From IMG/VR virus record IMGVR_UViG_3300023260_000001, positions 1-42,441 of that record: 42,441 nt of DNA; one strand, given 5' to 3'. The notes under the pieces were generated by a model. That model searched no databases and was not told where the DNA came from. It worked only from the letters and a program-made list of their open reading frames with translations. Within the stretch, counting starts at the first letter, position 1. Every line of letters starts with the position of its first letter. This DNA is from a virus. Lineage: Duplodnaviria > Caudoviricetes. The translations under genes were made by a program, and so were the position numbers. This document shows, piece after piece, positions 8,726 to 18,017 of the stretch.

Positions 8726-8763
8726 GACTATTCTTCATCCAGCATCACTCCTAAAATCCGCGC

Positions 8764-9195
8764 ATGCAAAAACAACCCACCAACGAAGCCGGCCTGATGC
8801 GCCGCGTGATGCTCGAGGCCTCGCGCCTTGGCATGCGCCTGTTCCGCAATAACGTCGGCACCGGCCTGGTAGTGCGCGCGAAAACATCCCAGCAGCGCGA
8901 GGCGATCATCGCGGCGTGCCAGTCTCTGGCGACCAGGATGGGCGGCTCTGCGGCGCGGATAAACTTCGGGCTGGCCGAGGGAAGCGGCGACTGTATCGGA
9001 TGGACTCCGCGCGTTATCCGGCCCGAGGACGTCGGCAAAACGATCGCGCAGTTCGCCAGCGCCGAGATTAAGTTCGGCCGCGGGAAATCGTCAGAGCAGC
9101 AGCGGCAGTGGGCGTCCGTCGTGAATGCGGCCGGCGGTGTCGCGGTCGAGATACGTGACGTGGATCAAACGTCGGCGCTGTTTGAGGTGATGTGA
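8764..9195 (+). CDS. VRR-NUC / PD-(D/E)xK nuclease
   Basis: RLFRNNVG...FGLAEGSGDCIGW...AEIK...SEQQRQW...AAGGVA. Confidence 0.85.
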   Translation: MQKQPTNEAGLMRRVMLEASRLGMRLFRNNVGTGLVVRAKTSQQREAIIAACQSLATRMGGSAARINFGLAEGSGDCIGWTPRVIRPEDVGKTIAQFASAEIKFGRGKSSEQQRQWASVVNAAGGVAVEIRDVDQTSALFEVM

Positions 9196-9253
9196 AAATC
9201 GCACCGGCTGTGCTATTCTGAATTCCTGTTCGTTCGTTCGTGAGGTAGTAACC

Positions 9254-9481
9254 GTGGCAACACCCGATCTTTCCCCAGATAACAAGCCATTCGATCGTTT
9301 CTTCGACGATCTAATCGAGCGGGACTCTGTCTCCCACGCAGCCATGGTCGCCCTGGACTGCATCGCCGCAGCTAAACGCATCCTCCTGCAGGAGCGCGTT
9401 CGCGACTTCACTGCGGCTGACGTCGTTGCTCTGGCGGCAATCATCGAGTCGCGCGATCGTCTGCTGGTTCCCAAGCTATGA
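9254..9481 (+). CDS. Hypothetical protein
   Basis: GAGGT RBS, GTG start, ATGA overlap with the primase. Confidence 0.7.
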   Translation: MATPDLSPDNKPFDRFFDDLIERDSVSHAAMVALDCIAAAKRILLQERVRDFTAADVVALAAIIESRDRLLVPKL

Positions 9482-11976
9482 ACGCCGTCATGGAGTTTCG
9501 CGAGGCGATTGCCTCTGCTGGCCTCACGCCGCCTGACGACATCATCGACGACGGAAAACTTCACCGGTTCTCAAGCAACGGTAAAAAACGGGACGACTCC
9601 GGCTGGTACAAAATCGTCCTCGACGAGCGTCCTGCCGGCGCATTCGGATGCTGGCGCTCTGGCGTCTCTGCGACCTGGCGCGCGGACGTTAAACGCGAGT
9701 TCTCGGCCGAGGAAAAACAAGCATGGGCCAAGCGCATGCGCGACCTTGAGACGGAGCGCGAAGCTGAACGCCAAGCAGCGACCGCGTCAGCAGCCGAGCG
9801 CGCCGCCAAGATGTGGGAAGCCGCACACGACGCCACTGACAGCGCGCATCCCTACGCAACGCGCAAGAAAATCACGATCCTCGGTGCCAAGCTGCTTCGC
9901 GAAACGATTCTGGTCCCGATGCGGCAGGGCCCGGGTGAGCTCTGCGGCCTTCAGGTCATCCAAGCGGACGGCTCCCGCAAGTTCCTGACCGGCACACCGG
10001 CAGGCGGCGCCTATACCGTGCTCGGCAAACCAACCAAGACAGGCCCGATCGTGATCTGCGAGGGCTGGGCCACCGGCGTCTCGATTCACATGGCCACCGG
10101 ATACTGCACCGTCGTCGCGTTCTCGGCCGGAAACCTGGCCGCAGTCTCGGCGAAAATACGCAAAGCGCTGCCATCTGCGGAGATCATCCTCGCGGCTGAC
10201 GACGACGCATTTACGGACGGAAATCCGGGCATCACCTATGCGACCGAAGCGGCGCGCGCGATCTCAGGCCGGGTATGCATGCCGACCTGGCATGGCGAGC
10301 GGGAGCACGGAACTGACTTCAATGACCTGCATTGCACCGAAGGCCTTGGCGCAGTACGGGCATGTATCGACTACGGGAGTGGCGCACCAGACACGCGCCC
10401 TGGCTCTACAGAGCCCGAACGGGACGAGCCGGACAGTGTCCCCACCTCGCACGAGGAAAACAACGCCGGCAGCAGCGCAGAGGGGTTCCATATATCCTTT
10501 TCCCCGGATGGCGCTGCCGTCGACGAGCCGGTGTCTCAGGCAGTACGTGCTCCAACACGAGAGACACCGGCCACCGACGTCCTGATATTCGCCTCCAAGC
10601 CGATGGAAGCCGCAGAGCTATTTCACGCCGCGCTACCCGAGAACGGCCGCATCATCTTCTGGCGAGATCAGTTCTACTCCTGGCAGGGCAGCCGATACGT
10701 CGTGCGCGACCGCGTCTGGATCGAGCAGCGCCTCTACGCCTGGACGGCCACCTGCAAAACACTCAAGACGACCAAGAGTGGCGGATCAGAGGAAGTCGCC
10801 TTCGACCCGACATCGAAGAAAATCGGCGATATCCTGCATGCCCTCCGCGCCGTCTGTTACGCCGATCTACCAGAGCCGCAGGTCTGGATCACGCAGCGCG
10901 ACAGCGACCCGCCGGCGCATGAAATCGTCGCATTCCGAAACGGCTTCCTGCACTGGCCGACGCGAACGTTCATGCAATCAAATTCGCGCCTGTGGCTGAC
11001 ATCCGCGCTCGAGTTCGACTACGATCATAACGCCGCTGCGCCTCGAGAGTGGCTTAACTTCCTCGACGTCCTGTGGCCAACCGACGCCGAGTCGATCATG
11101 GCTCTCGGTGAGATGTTCGGCTACCTGCTGACGGACGATAACAGCCACCAGAAAATGTTCATGTTGATCGGCCCTCCACGCTCCGGAAAGGGCACGATCC
11201 TCCGCATCCTCGAGAGCCTCGTAGGTGGCCAGAACCGCACCTCGCCAAGCCTCGCCAGCCTCGGGACGAACTTCGGCCTGCAGCCGCTAATCGGCAAGCG
11301 CCTGGCGATGATCTCCGATGCGCGCCTATCCGGAAAAACAGACCAGCAGCCCATCGTCGAGAACCTGCTGCGCATCAGCGGCGATGACTCCGTGACGGTC
11401 GACCGCAAGAACCTGGCGCAGTGGATCGGCAAGCTGCCGACGCGCTTCATCATGGCAACCAACGAAATTCCAGCCTTCTCCGACGCCAGCGCAGCACTCG
11501 CAAACCGTTTCATCATGCTGAAATTCACGGAGTCGTTCCTCGGCCGCGAGGATCTAGGCCTGACAAGCAGGCTGCTTCGCGAGCTCCCTGGCATCGTTCT
11601 GTGGGCCCTGGACGGCCTCGAGCGCCTACATAAACGCGGCTACCTGATCCGACCGAAATCGGCCGACGAAATCGCTCAGGACATGCTCGACCAGACCAGC
11701 CCGATGCGCCTATTTGTCTCCGAAAAATGCGTCATCAACGCCGCCGCGCAGTGCGATCGGGACGAACTTTATAAGGTGTGGAAGCTGTGGTGCGATGACC
11801 AGGGGCGCGATTATCCGGGCACAAAGATCGCGTTTGGCCGCCAACTTTCAGCTGCTTTCCCGGCGATAAAGCGGTGCCAACCCCGTGCCACTGGCACAAG
11901 ATTGAATTTGTACGAGGGAATAAAAATTCGAAGCGAGTTCGACATCAACCAAGCTGATGGCGACGAACCGTACTGA
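9478..11976 (+). CDS. P4-family primase-helicase (TOPRIM plus D5/SF3 helicase)
   Basis: ICEGWATG, ILAADDD, GTDFNDL; Walker A GPPRSGKGT; FIMATN. Confidence 0.93.
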   Translation: MNAVMEFREAIASAGLTPPDDIIDDGKLHRFSSNGKKRDDSGWYKIVLDERPAGAFGCWRSGVSATWRADVKREFSAEEKQAWAKRMRDLETEREAERQAATASAAERAAKMWEAAHDATDSAHPYATRKKITILGAKLLRETILVPMRQGPGELCGLQVIQADGSRKFLTGTPAGGAYTVLGKPTKTGPIVICEGWATGVSIHMATGYCTVVAFSAGNLAAVSAKIRKALPSAEIILAADDDAFTDGNPGITYATEAARAISGRVCMPTWHGEREHGTDFNDLHCTEGLGAVRACIDYGSGAPDTRPGSTEPERDEPDSVPTSHEENNAGSSAEGFHISFSPDGAAVDEPVSQAVRAPTRETPATDVLIFASKPMEAAELFHAALPENGRIIFWRDQFYSWQGSRYVVRDRVWIEQRLYAWTATCKTLKTTKSGGSEEVAFDPTSKKIGDILHALRAVCYADLPEPQVWITQRDSDPPAHEIVAFRNGFLHWPTRTFMQSNSRLWLTSALEFDYDHNAAAPREWLNFLDVLWPTDAESIMALGEMFGYLLTDDNSHQKMFMLIGPPRSGKGTILRILESLVGGQNRTSPSLASLGTNFGLQPLIGKRLAMISDARLSGKTDQQPIVENLLRISGDDSVTVDRKNLAQWIGKLPTRFIMATNEIPAFSDASAALANRFIMLKFTESFLGREDLGLTSRLLRELPGIVLWALDGLERLHKRGYLIRPKSADEIAQDMLDQTSPMRLFVSEKCVINAAAQCDRDELYKVWKLWCDDQGRDYPGTKIAFGRQLSAAFPAIKRCQPRATGTRLNLYEGIKIRSEFDINQADGDEPY

Positions 11977-12183
11977 TGGCACAGGTTAATCCTGTGCCGG
12001 CACACTATTGGCACATAATTGAAAAGTTCGTAAAGTATTGATTACAAACAGATATTTATACTGGCACAAGATGGCACAAGATAAATAGAATGTATGACGT
12101 ATAGAGATAGGTGTTTACATAGTGAAAGTACACATAATGAAAGTGTGGCGTCAAAATGGAAAAAATCATGTGCCACCTGTGCC
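11818..12183. other. Putative replication origin (convergent GGCACA iterons around an AT-rich core)
   Basis: GGCACA at 11818, 11893, 11978, 11999, 12010, 12063, 12073; TGTGCC at 11993, 12169, 12178. Confidence 0.7.
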
Positions 12184-12212
12184 AACCTGATCCGGCCCTG
12201 AAAACCCTGCCC

Positions 12213-12242
12213 GTTGCAAAATCGCAACGGTCGGTATAGATT
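12213..12242 (+). promoter_or_regulatory. Promoter for the packaging/structural operon
   Basis: TTGCAA-N17-TAGATT (12214-12242); palindrome GTTGCAAAATCGCAAC 12213-12228. Confidence 0.6.
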
Positions 12243-12246
12243 TCGC

Positions 12247-12738
12247 ATGACCATGGGCAGACCGAAAAAATCTCAGGAGCAGTTGGACAGGGACGCTGAT
12301 GTCTGCGCGGAGATCTGTGCGCGGCTGTCGAGAGGTGAAACGCTCAACGCAATCTGTCGTGACGTTGGGATGCCTTCTGTTCGAACCGTGAATGACTGGC
12401 GGGCCGACCGACCAGACTTCGCCGCCATGTTCGCGCGCGCGAGAGACGACGGGTTCGATGCCATTGCCTCACAATGCTTGGAGATCGCTGACACACCAAT
12501 CGAAGGCGAGCGGCGCAAGGAAACCGAGGACGGGGTCGAGGTTGTGACAGAGGACATGCTCGGTCATCGGCGCCTGCAGGTCGAAACGCGCCTCAAGCTC
12601 CTAGCTAAGTGGGACCCTCGCCGATACGGCGACAAACTGGCCGTTGGCGGCGCCGACGACCTTCCGCCCCTGCGCAGTGAATCGCTGGTCACGCTCGACC
12701 CATCCGAAGCCTACAAGTTGCTTCTCGGTGGCAAATGA
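12247..12738 (+). CDS. terS: Terminase small subunit
   Basis: MGRP...EICARLSRGETLNAICRDVGMPS...W...LEIAD...RLKLLAKWDPRRYGDK; start at 12247 or 12253. Confidence 0.9.
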   Translation: MTMGRPKKSQEQLDRDADVCAEICARLSRGETLNAICRDVGMPSVRTVNDWRADRPDFAAMFARARDDGFDAIASQCLEIADTPIEGERRKETEDGVEVVTEDMLGHRRLQVETRLKLLAKWDPRRYGDKLAVGGADDLPPLRSESLVTLDPSEAYKLLLGGK

Positions 12739-14237
12739 CCGCCGCCGCATTCAACTGGTCAGCGCCCGACTACCGCCCAGTGTGGGAAGCGCGCATCACG
12801 CGCCTGAACAAGCTGCGCTCCGATCCTTCGCTGCTGCCGGCGATCAAGAAGTTTTACGCAGACCATCCCGTCGAGTTCATCTCTGACTGGTGCTGCACGG
12901 TTGATCCGCGCAACGTCGAAATCGGCCTCGAGGCCATCGTCCCGTTCCTGCTGTTCCCGCGGCAGGTTGAGTTCGTCGAGTGGGTCGTAGCGCGCTGGCG
13001 CAGCCGTGAGGATGGCCTGGCTGAGAAGTCACGCGACATGGGCGTATCGTGGCTCTGCGTGGCTATCTCGGCCTGGATGTGGATATTTCACCCCGGCGTT
13101 GTCGTTGGCTTCGGCTCTCGAAAAGAAGAGTACGTCGACAAGCTCGGCGACCCGAAATCGCTGTTCTGGAAAATCCGCGAGCTCGTCCGCCTGTTGCCTG
13201 TCGAGTTCGTCCCTTCTGGCTACAACGAACGCGCACACGCGCCGTCGATGCGTATCATCAACCCTGAGAATGGCTCTGCCATCGTCGGCGAAAGCGGCGA
13301 CAACATCGGCCGCGGCAACCGCACCTCGATCTATTTCAAGGACGAGAGCGCGTTCTACGAGCGGCCAGACGCCATCGACGCGGCGCTGTCTCAGACCTCG
13401 AACTGCAAGATCGACGTCAGCACACCGAACGGTGCAGGGAACCCGTTCTATCGCAAGCGGCACGGCGGCAAGATCAAGGTGTTCGTGTTCGACTGGAAGG
13501 ACGATCCGCGCAAGGATCAGGCCTGGTACGAGCGGCAGAAACAGACACTCGACCCTGTGATCGTGGCGCAGGAAATCGACCGCGACTACACCGCGTCCGT
13601 CTCGAACTCATGGATACCCGGCGACATCGTTACCGCTGCCATGGCACGCGGACCCGCTGACGTGCGCGCTGAAGGCCCGCTGGTGATCGGCGTCGATGTG
13701 GCCAGGTTCGGCGATGACAAGTCCTGCATCACGTTCCGAAAGGGACGTGTGGTGTATCCGCAGATCGTGTTCTCGAAGTGCGACGTTGTCGACGTGGCTG
13801 GCCGTGTGAAGGACGCCGCGCTGAACTGGGGCGAGAAGGTATCGCAGATCGCAGTCGATACGATAGGCATCGGCTCTGGCGTGGCCGACATCCTGCGCCG
13901 TGACTTCCGGCATATCGTTGTCGACGTGAATTCCTCGCTGCGCATGTCGGACGGACAGAACTACAACCTGCGCTCCAGGATGTGGCGCGACATGCGCGAG
14001 TTCCTGAAGAACGGCGCCTCCATCCCGAACGACTCCGAGCTCGCCACCGATCTCACGGCGCTGCAGTACGAGTTCCGAGGCGGTGAGATGCTGATGGAGG
14101 CGAAGGACGACGCAAAGAAACGCGGCATTAAGTCGCCAGACCGGGCTGACAGCCTTGCTCTCACCTTCGCTGTGCCGTGTTACGATGTCGCGGAAACTAA
14201 GGTCCGTGCGGACACGGAATGGGATATTTTCGCGTGA
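12735..14237 (+). CDS. terL: Terminase large subunit
   Basis: EKSRDMGVSW, YFKDESAF, VSTPNG, IGVDVARFGDD, SPDRADSLAL. Confidence 0.95.
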   Translation: MTAAAFNWSAPDYRPVWEARITRLNKLRSDPSLLPAIKKFYADHPVEFISDWCCTVDPRNVEIGLEAIVPFLLFPRQVEFVEWVVARWRSREDGLAEKSRDMGVSWLCVAISAWMWIFHPGVVVGFGSRKEEYVDKLGDPKSLFWKIRELVRLLPVEFVPSGYNERAHAPSMRIINPENGSAIVGESGDNIGRGNRTSIYFKDESAFYERPDAIDAALSQTSNCKIDVSTPNGAGNPFYRKRHGGKIKVFVFDWKDDPRKDQAWYERQKQTLDPVIVAQEIDRDYTASVSNSWIPGDIVTAAMARGPADVRAEGPLVIGVDVARFGDDKSCITFRKGRVVYPQIVFSKCDVVDVAGRVKDAALNWGEKVSQIAVDTIGIGSGVADILRRDFRHIVVDVNSSLRMSDGQNYNLRSRMWRDMREFLKNGASIPNDSELATDLTALQYEFRGGEMLMEAKDDAKKRGIKSPDRADSLALTFAVPCYDVAETKVRADTEWDIFA

Positions 14238-14244
14238 GGCTCCA

Positions 14245-14487
14245 ATGAGTGGATTTTTTGGCAAAGGCACAATGCTTGATCCGCTCGGCGTGACGACGTC
14301 GAAGTATGGCGACCCGCTCGGCATCAATCGCAAGATCGAGAACAAGCTCGACAAGGTCGATCCGATGGCAAAGTTCCGCGACAAGCATCCGACGATCTTC
14401 GATCCGCTCGCGCTCTCGACGCAGGGCGCAGAGGCCAAGGGGATGGTCGCATCTTCGCAGGCTTCGCAACAACTTCTGGGAGACTGA
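14245..14487 (+). CDS. Hypothetical protein
   Basis: GAGG RBS; MSGFFGKG... with repeated DPL/DPM motifs. Confidence 0.65.
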   Translation: MSGFFGKGTMLDPLGVTTSKYGDPLGINRKIENKLDKVDPMAKFRDKHPTIFDPLALSTQGAEAKGMVASSQASQQLLGD

Positions 14488-14491
14488 CGAC

Positions 14492-14698
14492 ATGGGCGGA
14501 TTGTTTTCGAAGCCGAAAGCGCAGGAGATGCCGACACCGACTGAGGTCAAGGTGCCTGTGATCAATCAGGAAATCGTCGATCGCTCGACGTCCGACATCA
14601 TGCGTCGGCGCCGTGGGGCTGCTGCGACCGATACCGGAGCGTCAACGGCTGGTACGACTGCTGGCAGTGTTGCGGCGCAATCGCTGCTCGGTTCGTAG
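14492..14698 (+). CDS. Small pre-portal virion protein (T7 gp7.3-like position)
   Basis: MGGLFSKPK...RRRRG...SLLGS; GGAG RBS. Confidence 0.75.
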   Translation: MGGLFSKPKAQEMPTPTEVKVPVINQEIVDRSTSDIMRRRRGAAATDTGASTAGTTAGSVAAQSLLGS

Positions 14699-14700
14699 CC

Positions 14701-15198
14701 ATGCAAGTTGTCGACATGACTGGAAAGGTTTGTGGTCGACTTAGCGTCATTGAACGCTGTGGGACGAAGAACAATAAAGCGGCTTGGCTATGCAAATGTT
14801 CGTGCGGAAATACGGCAATTGTTGCTGGCGACAATCTGCGTTCCGGCGTTACGCAGTCATGCGGATGCATCCACACTGAATGGACAAAGAACGGCCTAAA
14901 GAAATTTACGAGGACGCACGGCATGACCAGGCATCCTCTCTATTCGATTTGGGCGAACATGATCGACCGATGCGAGCGCCAAACACATCCTGCGTGGAAG
15001 TGGTACGGAGGCCGAGGCATCAGGGTTTGTGAACGTTGGCGGCGCGATTTCGAGGCTTTTCTATCCGACATGGGCGAGCGTCAGGAAGGTCTTTCAATCG
15101 ACCGTATAGACGTAAACGGCGACTATGAGCCGAACAATTGCCGTTGGGCGACATGGAAAGAACAAGCGAACAATAAACAGAGGCACGTTCATGGCTGA
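14701..15198 (+). CDS. HNH homing endonuclease (free-standing)
   Basis: WLCKCSCGN...SCGC...YGGRGIRVCERW...SIDRIDVNGDYEPNNCRWAT. Confidence 0.9.
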   Translation: MQVVDMTGKVCGRLSVIERCGTKNNKAAWLCKCSCGNTAIVAGDNLRSGVTQSCGCIHTEWTKNGLKKFTRTHGMTRHPLYSIWANMIDRCERQTHPAWKWYGGRGIRVCERWRRDFEAFLSDMGERQEGLSIDRIDVNGDYEPNNCRWATWKEQANNKQRHVHG

Positions 15199-16864
15199 TT
15201 CACGCGCAACCGATATCGTTGATATGCATGGTCGCATGATTCAGCAGCGCCAAGCATTTGAAGAAACCTGGCAAGAGATAGACGACCGCATCCAGCCGAC
15301 TGGTCAGGAGTTCGGCAACAAAACGTCTCCGAAGTCCAACAAAGGCAAGCCGAACACCGAGAAGGTCTTCGACGCGACACCAGGCCTGGCGCTCGACCGA
15401 TTCAAAGCCGCGATGCACTCGCTGGTCACGCCTCGCGCGCAGCAGTGGCACACGATCAAGCCTGTCGAGGAACAGCTCGAGAACGACATCGAGGTGAAGC
15501 GCTACTGCGACGAGGTCACGCGTCGTCTGTTCGCTGCTCGCTACTCGGCGAACTTCGACAGCGAGATACAGGGCTGCTACTACACGTCCGGCAAGTTCGG
15601 CTCGATGTCGATGTTCGTCGGCGAGAAGGTTGGACGCGGCCTGTTCTATCGCGCCGTGCCGATGAAGCAGCTTTACTTCGCTGAGAACCAATACGGCGAC
15701 GTCGACCTCGTGCATCGCGACTGGTTCTGGACGGCGCGCCAGGCGGTCATGCAGTGGGGCGATAAATGCCCGAAGGTTGTCCGCGACGCCTACGAAGGCA
15801 AGAAGCCCGAGCAGGAGTTCCGCTTTCTGCACTGCGTCAAGCCACGCCAGAACGCCGACGTATCCCGCAAGGACTATCGCGGCATGCAGTTCATTTCGTA
15901 CTTCGTGCTGCATGACTTCCGCGAGATCATCGACGAGGGCGGTTTCCGCACGTTCCCCTATCCGACCGCACGCTATGACCTGGTGCCCGGCGAGGTCTAT
16001 GGCCGCTCGCCGTGCATGACGATCCTGCCCGACGTGAAGATGCTGAACGTGATGATGCGTGACATCGTCCAGGCCGCGCAGTTGAAAGCGCTCCCGCCGA
16101 TGATCGCAGCCCGCGACGGTATTGGTGGCGGTGCGATCCGCATGACGCCGGCGGCATTCAATCCTGGCTGGGTCGATGAGCAGGGCCGTCCGAAGGCGAT
16201 GCCGCTGCAGGTCGGCGGCGACCTTGGCATTGGGTCGGAGCTGATCGATCAGAAGCGCTCGATCGTGAATGATGCGCTGCTGAACACGCTGTTCCAGATA
16301 CTGGTCGATAAACCGAACATCACGGCCACCGAGGCAATGCTGCGGGCTCAGGAGAAGGGTCAGCTCGTTGGTCCGACCGGTTCGAGGATCGAGTCCGAGT
16401 TCCTGACGAAGATGATCGAGCGCGAGATCGACATCCTGGCCGCAGCGGATCAGTTGCCAGAGATGCCGCAGAAGCTGCTCGACATGGGCGGGCTGTACTC
16501 GACCGAGTTCGACTCGCCGCTGTCCAGAGCTCGTCGTGCCGAAGAAGGCATCTCGATCATGCGCTCGTTCGAACAGTTGGCCTCGATTGCCTCCGTGCTG
16601 GGCCCAGATGGGGCCGCGCAGGTGTTTAAACGGGTGAACATGGACGAGGCTACCAAGACGATATTTGAAATCAATGGCACGCCTGCAAAGGTGCTCTACA
16701 CCGACGAAGAGATGGAGCAGATCGACGCGCAGAACGCGCAGGCCTCGCAGGCTCAACAGCTGCTGCAGGCCGCTCCGGTCCTGGCCGACACAGCAAAAAA
16801 TTTAGCCCAAGCCCAATCCATGGCTGCATCGGTCCCGGCTGGTCCGGCTCCGGCCGTAGTCTGA
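15191..16864 (+). CDS. Portal (head-tail connector), epsilon15/BPP-1 type
   Basis: VFDAT..., EVYGRSP, ITATEAMLRAQEKGQLVGP, FDSPLSRA; ATG 15191. Confidence 0.92.
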   Translation: MADSRATDIVDMHGRMIQQRQAFEETWQEIDDRIQPTGQEFGNKTSPKSNKGKPNTEKVFDATPGLALDRFKAAMHSLVTPRAQQWHTIKPVEEQLENDIEVKRYCDEVTRRLFAARYSANFDSEIQGCYYTSGKFGSMSMFVGEKVGRGLFYRAVPMKQLYFAENQYGDVDLVHRDWFWTARQAVMQWGDKCPKVVRDAYEGKKPEQEFRFLHCVKPRQNADVSRKDYRGMQFISYFVLHDFREIIDEGGFRTFPYPTARYDLVPGEVYGRSPCMTILPDVKMLNVMMRDIVQAAQLKALPPMIAARDGIGGGAIRMTPAAFNPGWVDEQGRPKAMPLQVGGDLGIGSELIDQKRSIVNDALLNTLFQILVDKPNITATEAMLRAQEKGQLVGPTGSRIESEFLTKMIEREIDILAAADQLPEMPQKLLDMGGLYSTEFDSPLSRARRAEEGISIMRSFEQLASIASVLGPDGAAQVFKRVNMDEATKTIFEINGTPAKVLYTDEEMEQIDAQNAQASQAQQLLQAAPVLADTAKNLAQAQSMAASVPAGPAPAVV

Positions 16865-17037
16865 TGGAACCGGTCTGGGTTGCTCGTCTGGATGTGATGG
16901 TTGATTTCTACGATGACGGGACGCCCGGGCTGGTGGCGTTCTGCGAGGCGATGCCGTTCTTCGTTGGTCACGGCGCTGATGACGACGAAGCGCTTGACGA
17001 CTGGAAAGAGCAGTACCGGGCGAGGACGCTGCATTGA
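16864..17037 (+). CDS. 57-aa protein, possible HicB-like fold
   Basis: MEPVWVARLDVMVDFYDDGTPGLVAFCEAMPFFVGHGADDDEALDDWKEQYRARTLH*; overlaps both neighbours; below the ORF-track cut-off. Confidence 0.6.
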   Translation: MEPVWVARLDVMVDFYDDGTPGLVAFCEAMPFFVGHGADDDEALDDWKEQYRARTLH

Positions 17038-17345
17038 CTGAGAAATCGCAGTCGTTGTTCGTTCGCTGGTGGAATCTGCGCGGTGCGTATCAGGCGTTTT
17101 TCCAGCGTCGCAACGCCACCCCGAAGCAGCGCCGCGCCGTCCTCGATGACCTGCGCGAGTATTGCAATCACGGCACGCTGCCGATTGCCACGGACAAGAA
17201 CGGGACGACCGACGCTTATCAGACCGGAAAACTTCACGGACGCCAGGAAGTGTTGCTATACTTGCAGCAGATACTTGACCTCGACGACGCAACACTATTC
17301 CGAATGAAGGACATGGAAGATGAACAAGGAAGTGATCGCGCATAA
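17034..17345 (+). CDS. Bbp19-like protein
   Basis: YQAFF...VLDDLREYC...TDAYQTGKLHGRQEV; post-portal position. Confidence 0.75.
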   Translation: MTEKSQSLFVRWWNLRGAYQAFFQRRNATPKQRRAVLDDLREYCNHGTLPIATDKNGTTDAYQTGKLHGRQEVLLYLQQILDLDDATLFRMKDMEDEQGSDRA

Positions 17346-17520
17346 ACGCGCTGAAGTTCAGGCGCGGCTTGATACGCTGAAATTCGCGTTCGGAAATCCT
17401 GGCGCTAACCTTGATCCGTTGCTGACTGATGCTGCGCGTGACACGGTGAAGAAGATCAAGCGCCTAGACATAGAGAACCAGATCAAGGCAGCTCAGGACG
17501 ATCTGAAATCGTTTGAATAA
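17320..17520 (+). CDS. Hypothetical protein
   Basis: 66-aa helical ORF in the operon. Confidence 0.6.
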   Translation: MNKEVIAHKRAEVQARLDTLKFAFGNPGANLDPLLTDAARDTVKKIKRLDIENQIKAAQDDLKSFE

Positions 17521-17531
17521 CGGAGAAACGT

Positions 17532-18017
17532 ATGGACACTATTGAACAGGAAATACAAGCCAAGGGGCTGACCGCGCCGCGCGTTACGCCTGCTGACATC
17601 GAGGCGAACATCGCCGGCGAGTATTTCTTCACCGCAGAACAGGCGGTCACCGGCTTCAATGAAGACATGGTTGGCCGATTCCTCGGCTGGAAGCTGCCGA
17701 AGGACTTCGCGCCTGACGGCGGAATTTCGTTCTGTGAAAGCGCATGGTGGCCGAGCGGAACGAACCTGCTGCACGCCGGCCAGGCCAAGGAAATGCTTGA
17801 GCATGTCGTCGGCGGCGCTCCGGCTTTGCCGGCGCTCGGCCTGCTTACATTTTGTGTCATTGTCCTGCGCAACGGTTTCACCGTCACCGGCGATAGCGCC
17901 TGCGCCAGCCCTGAGAACTTCGACGCCGAACTCGGCCGCAAGATTGCCAGGCAGAATGCCGTGCAAAAAATCTGGCCGCTGATGGGCTATGCACTCAAGG
18001 AGAAATTGAATGGCTGA
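17532..18017 (+). CDS. Gp49-family phage protein with an internal insertion
   Basis: EQEIQAKGLTAPRVTPADIE...LLTFCVIVLRNGFTVTGDSACASPENFDAELGRKIA. Confidence 0.85.
   Translation: MDTIEQEIQAKGLTAPRVTPADIEANIAGEYFFTAEQAVTGFNEDMVGRFLGWKLPKDFAPDGGISFCESAWWPSGTNLLHAGQAKEMLEHVVGGAPALPALGLLTFCVIVLRNGFTVTGDSACASPENFDAELGRKIARQNAVQKIWPLMGYALKEKLNG

Noticed and set aside
15200-16756. Long antisense ORFs (518 aa here; also 25590-26945, 26987-27991, 13608-14537)
   Set aside because: Shadow frames of GC-rich genes with no recognisable motifs or RBS.
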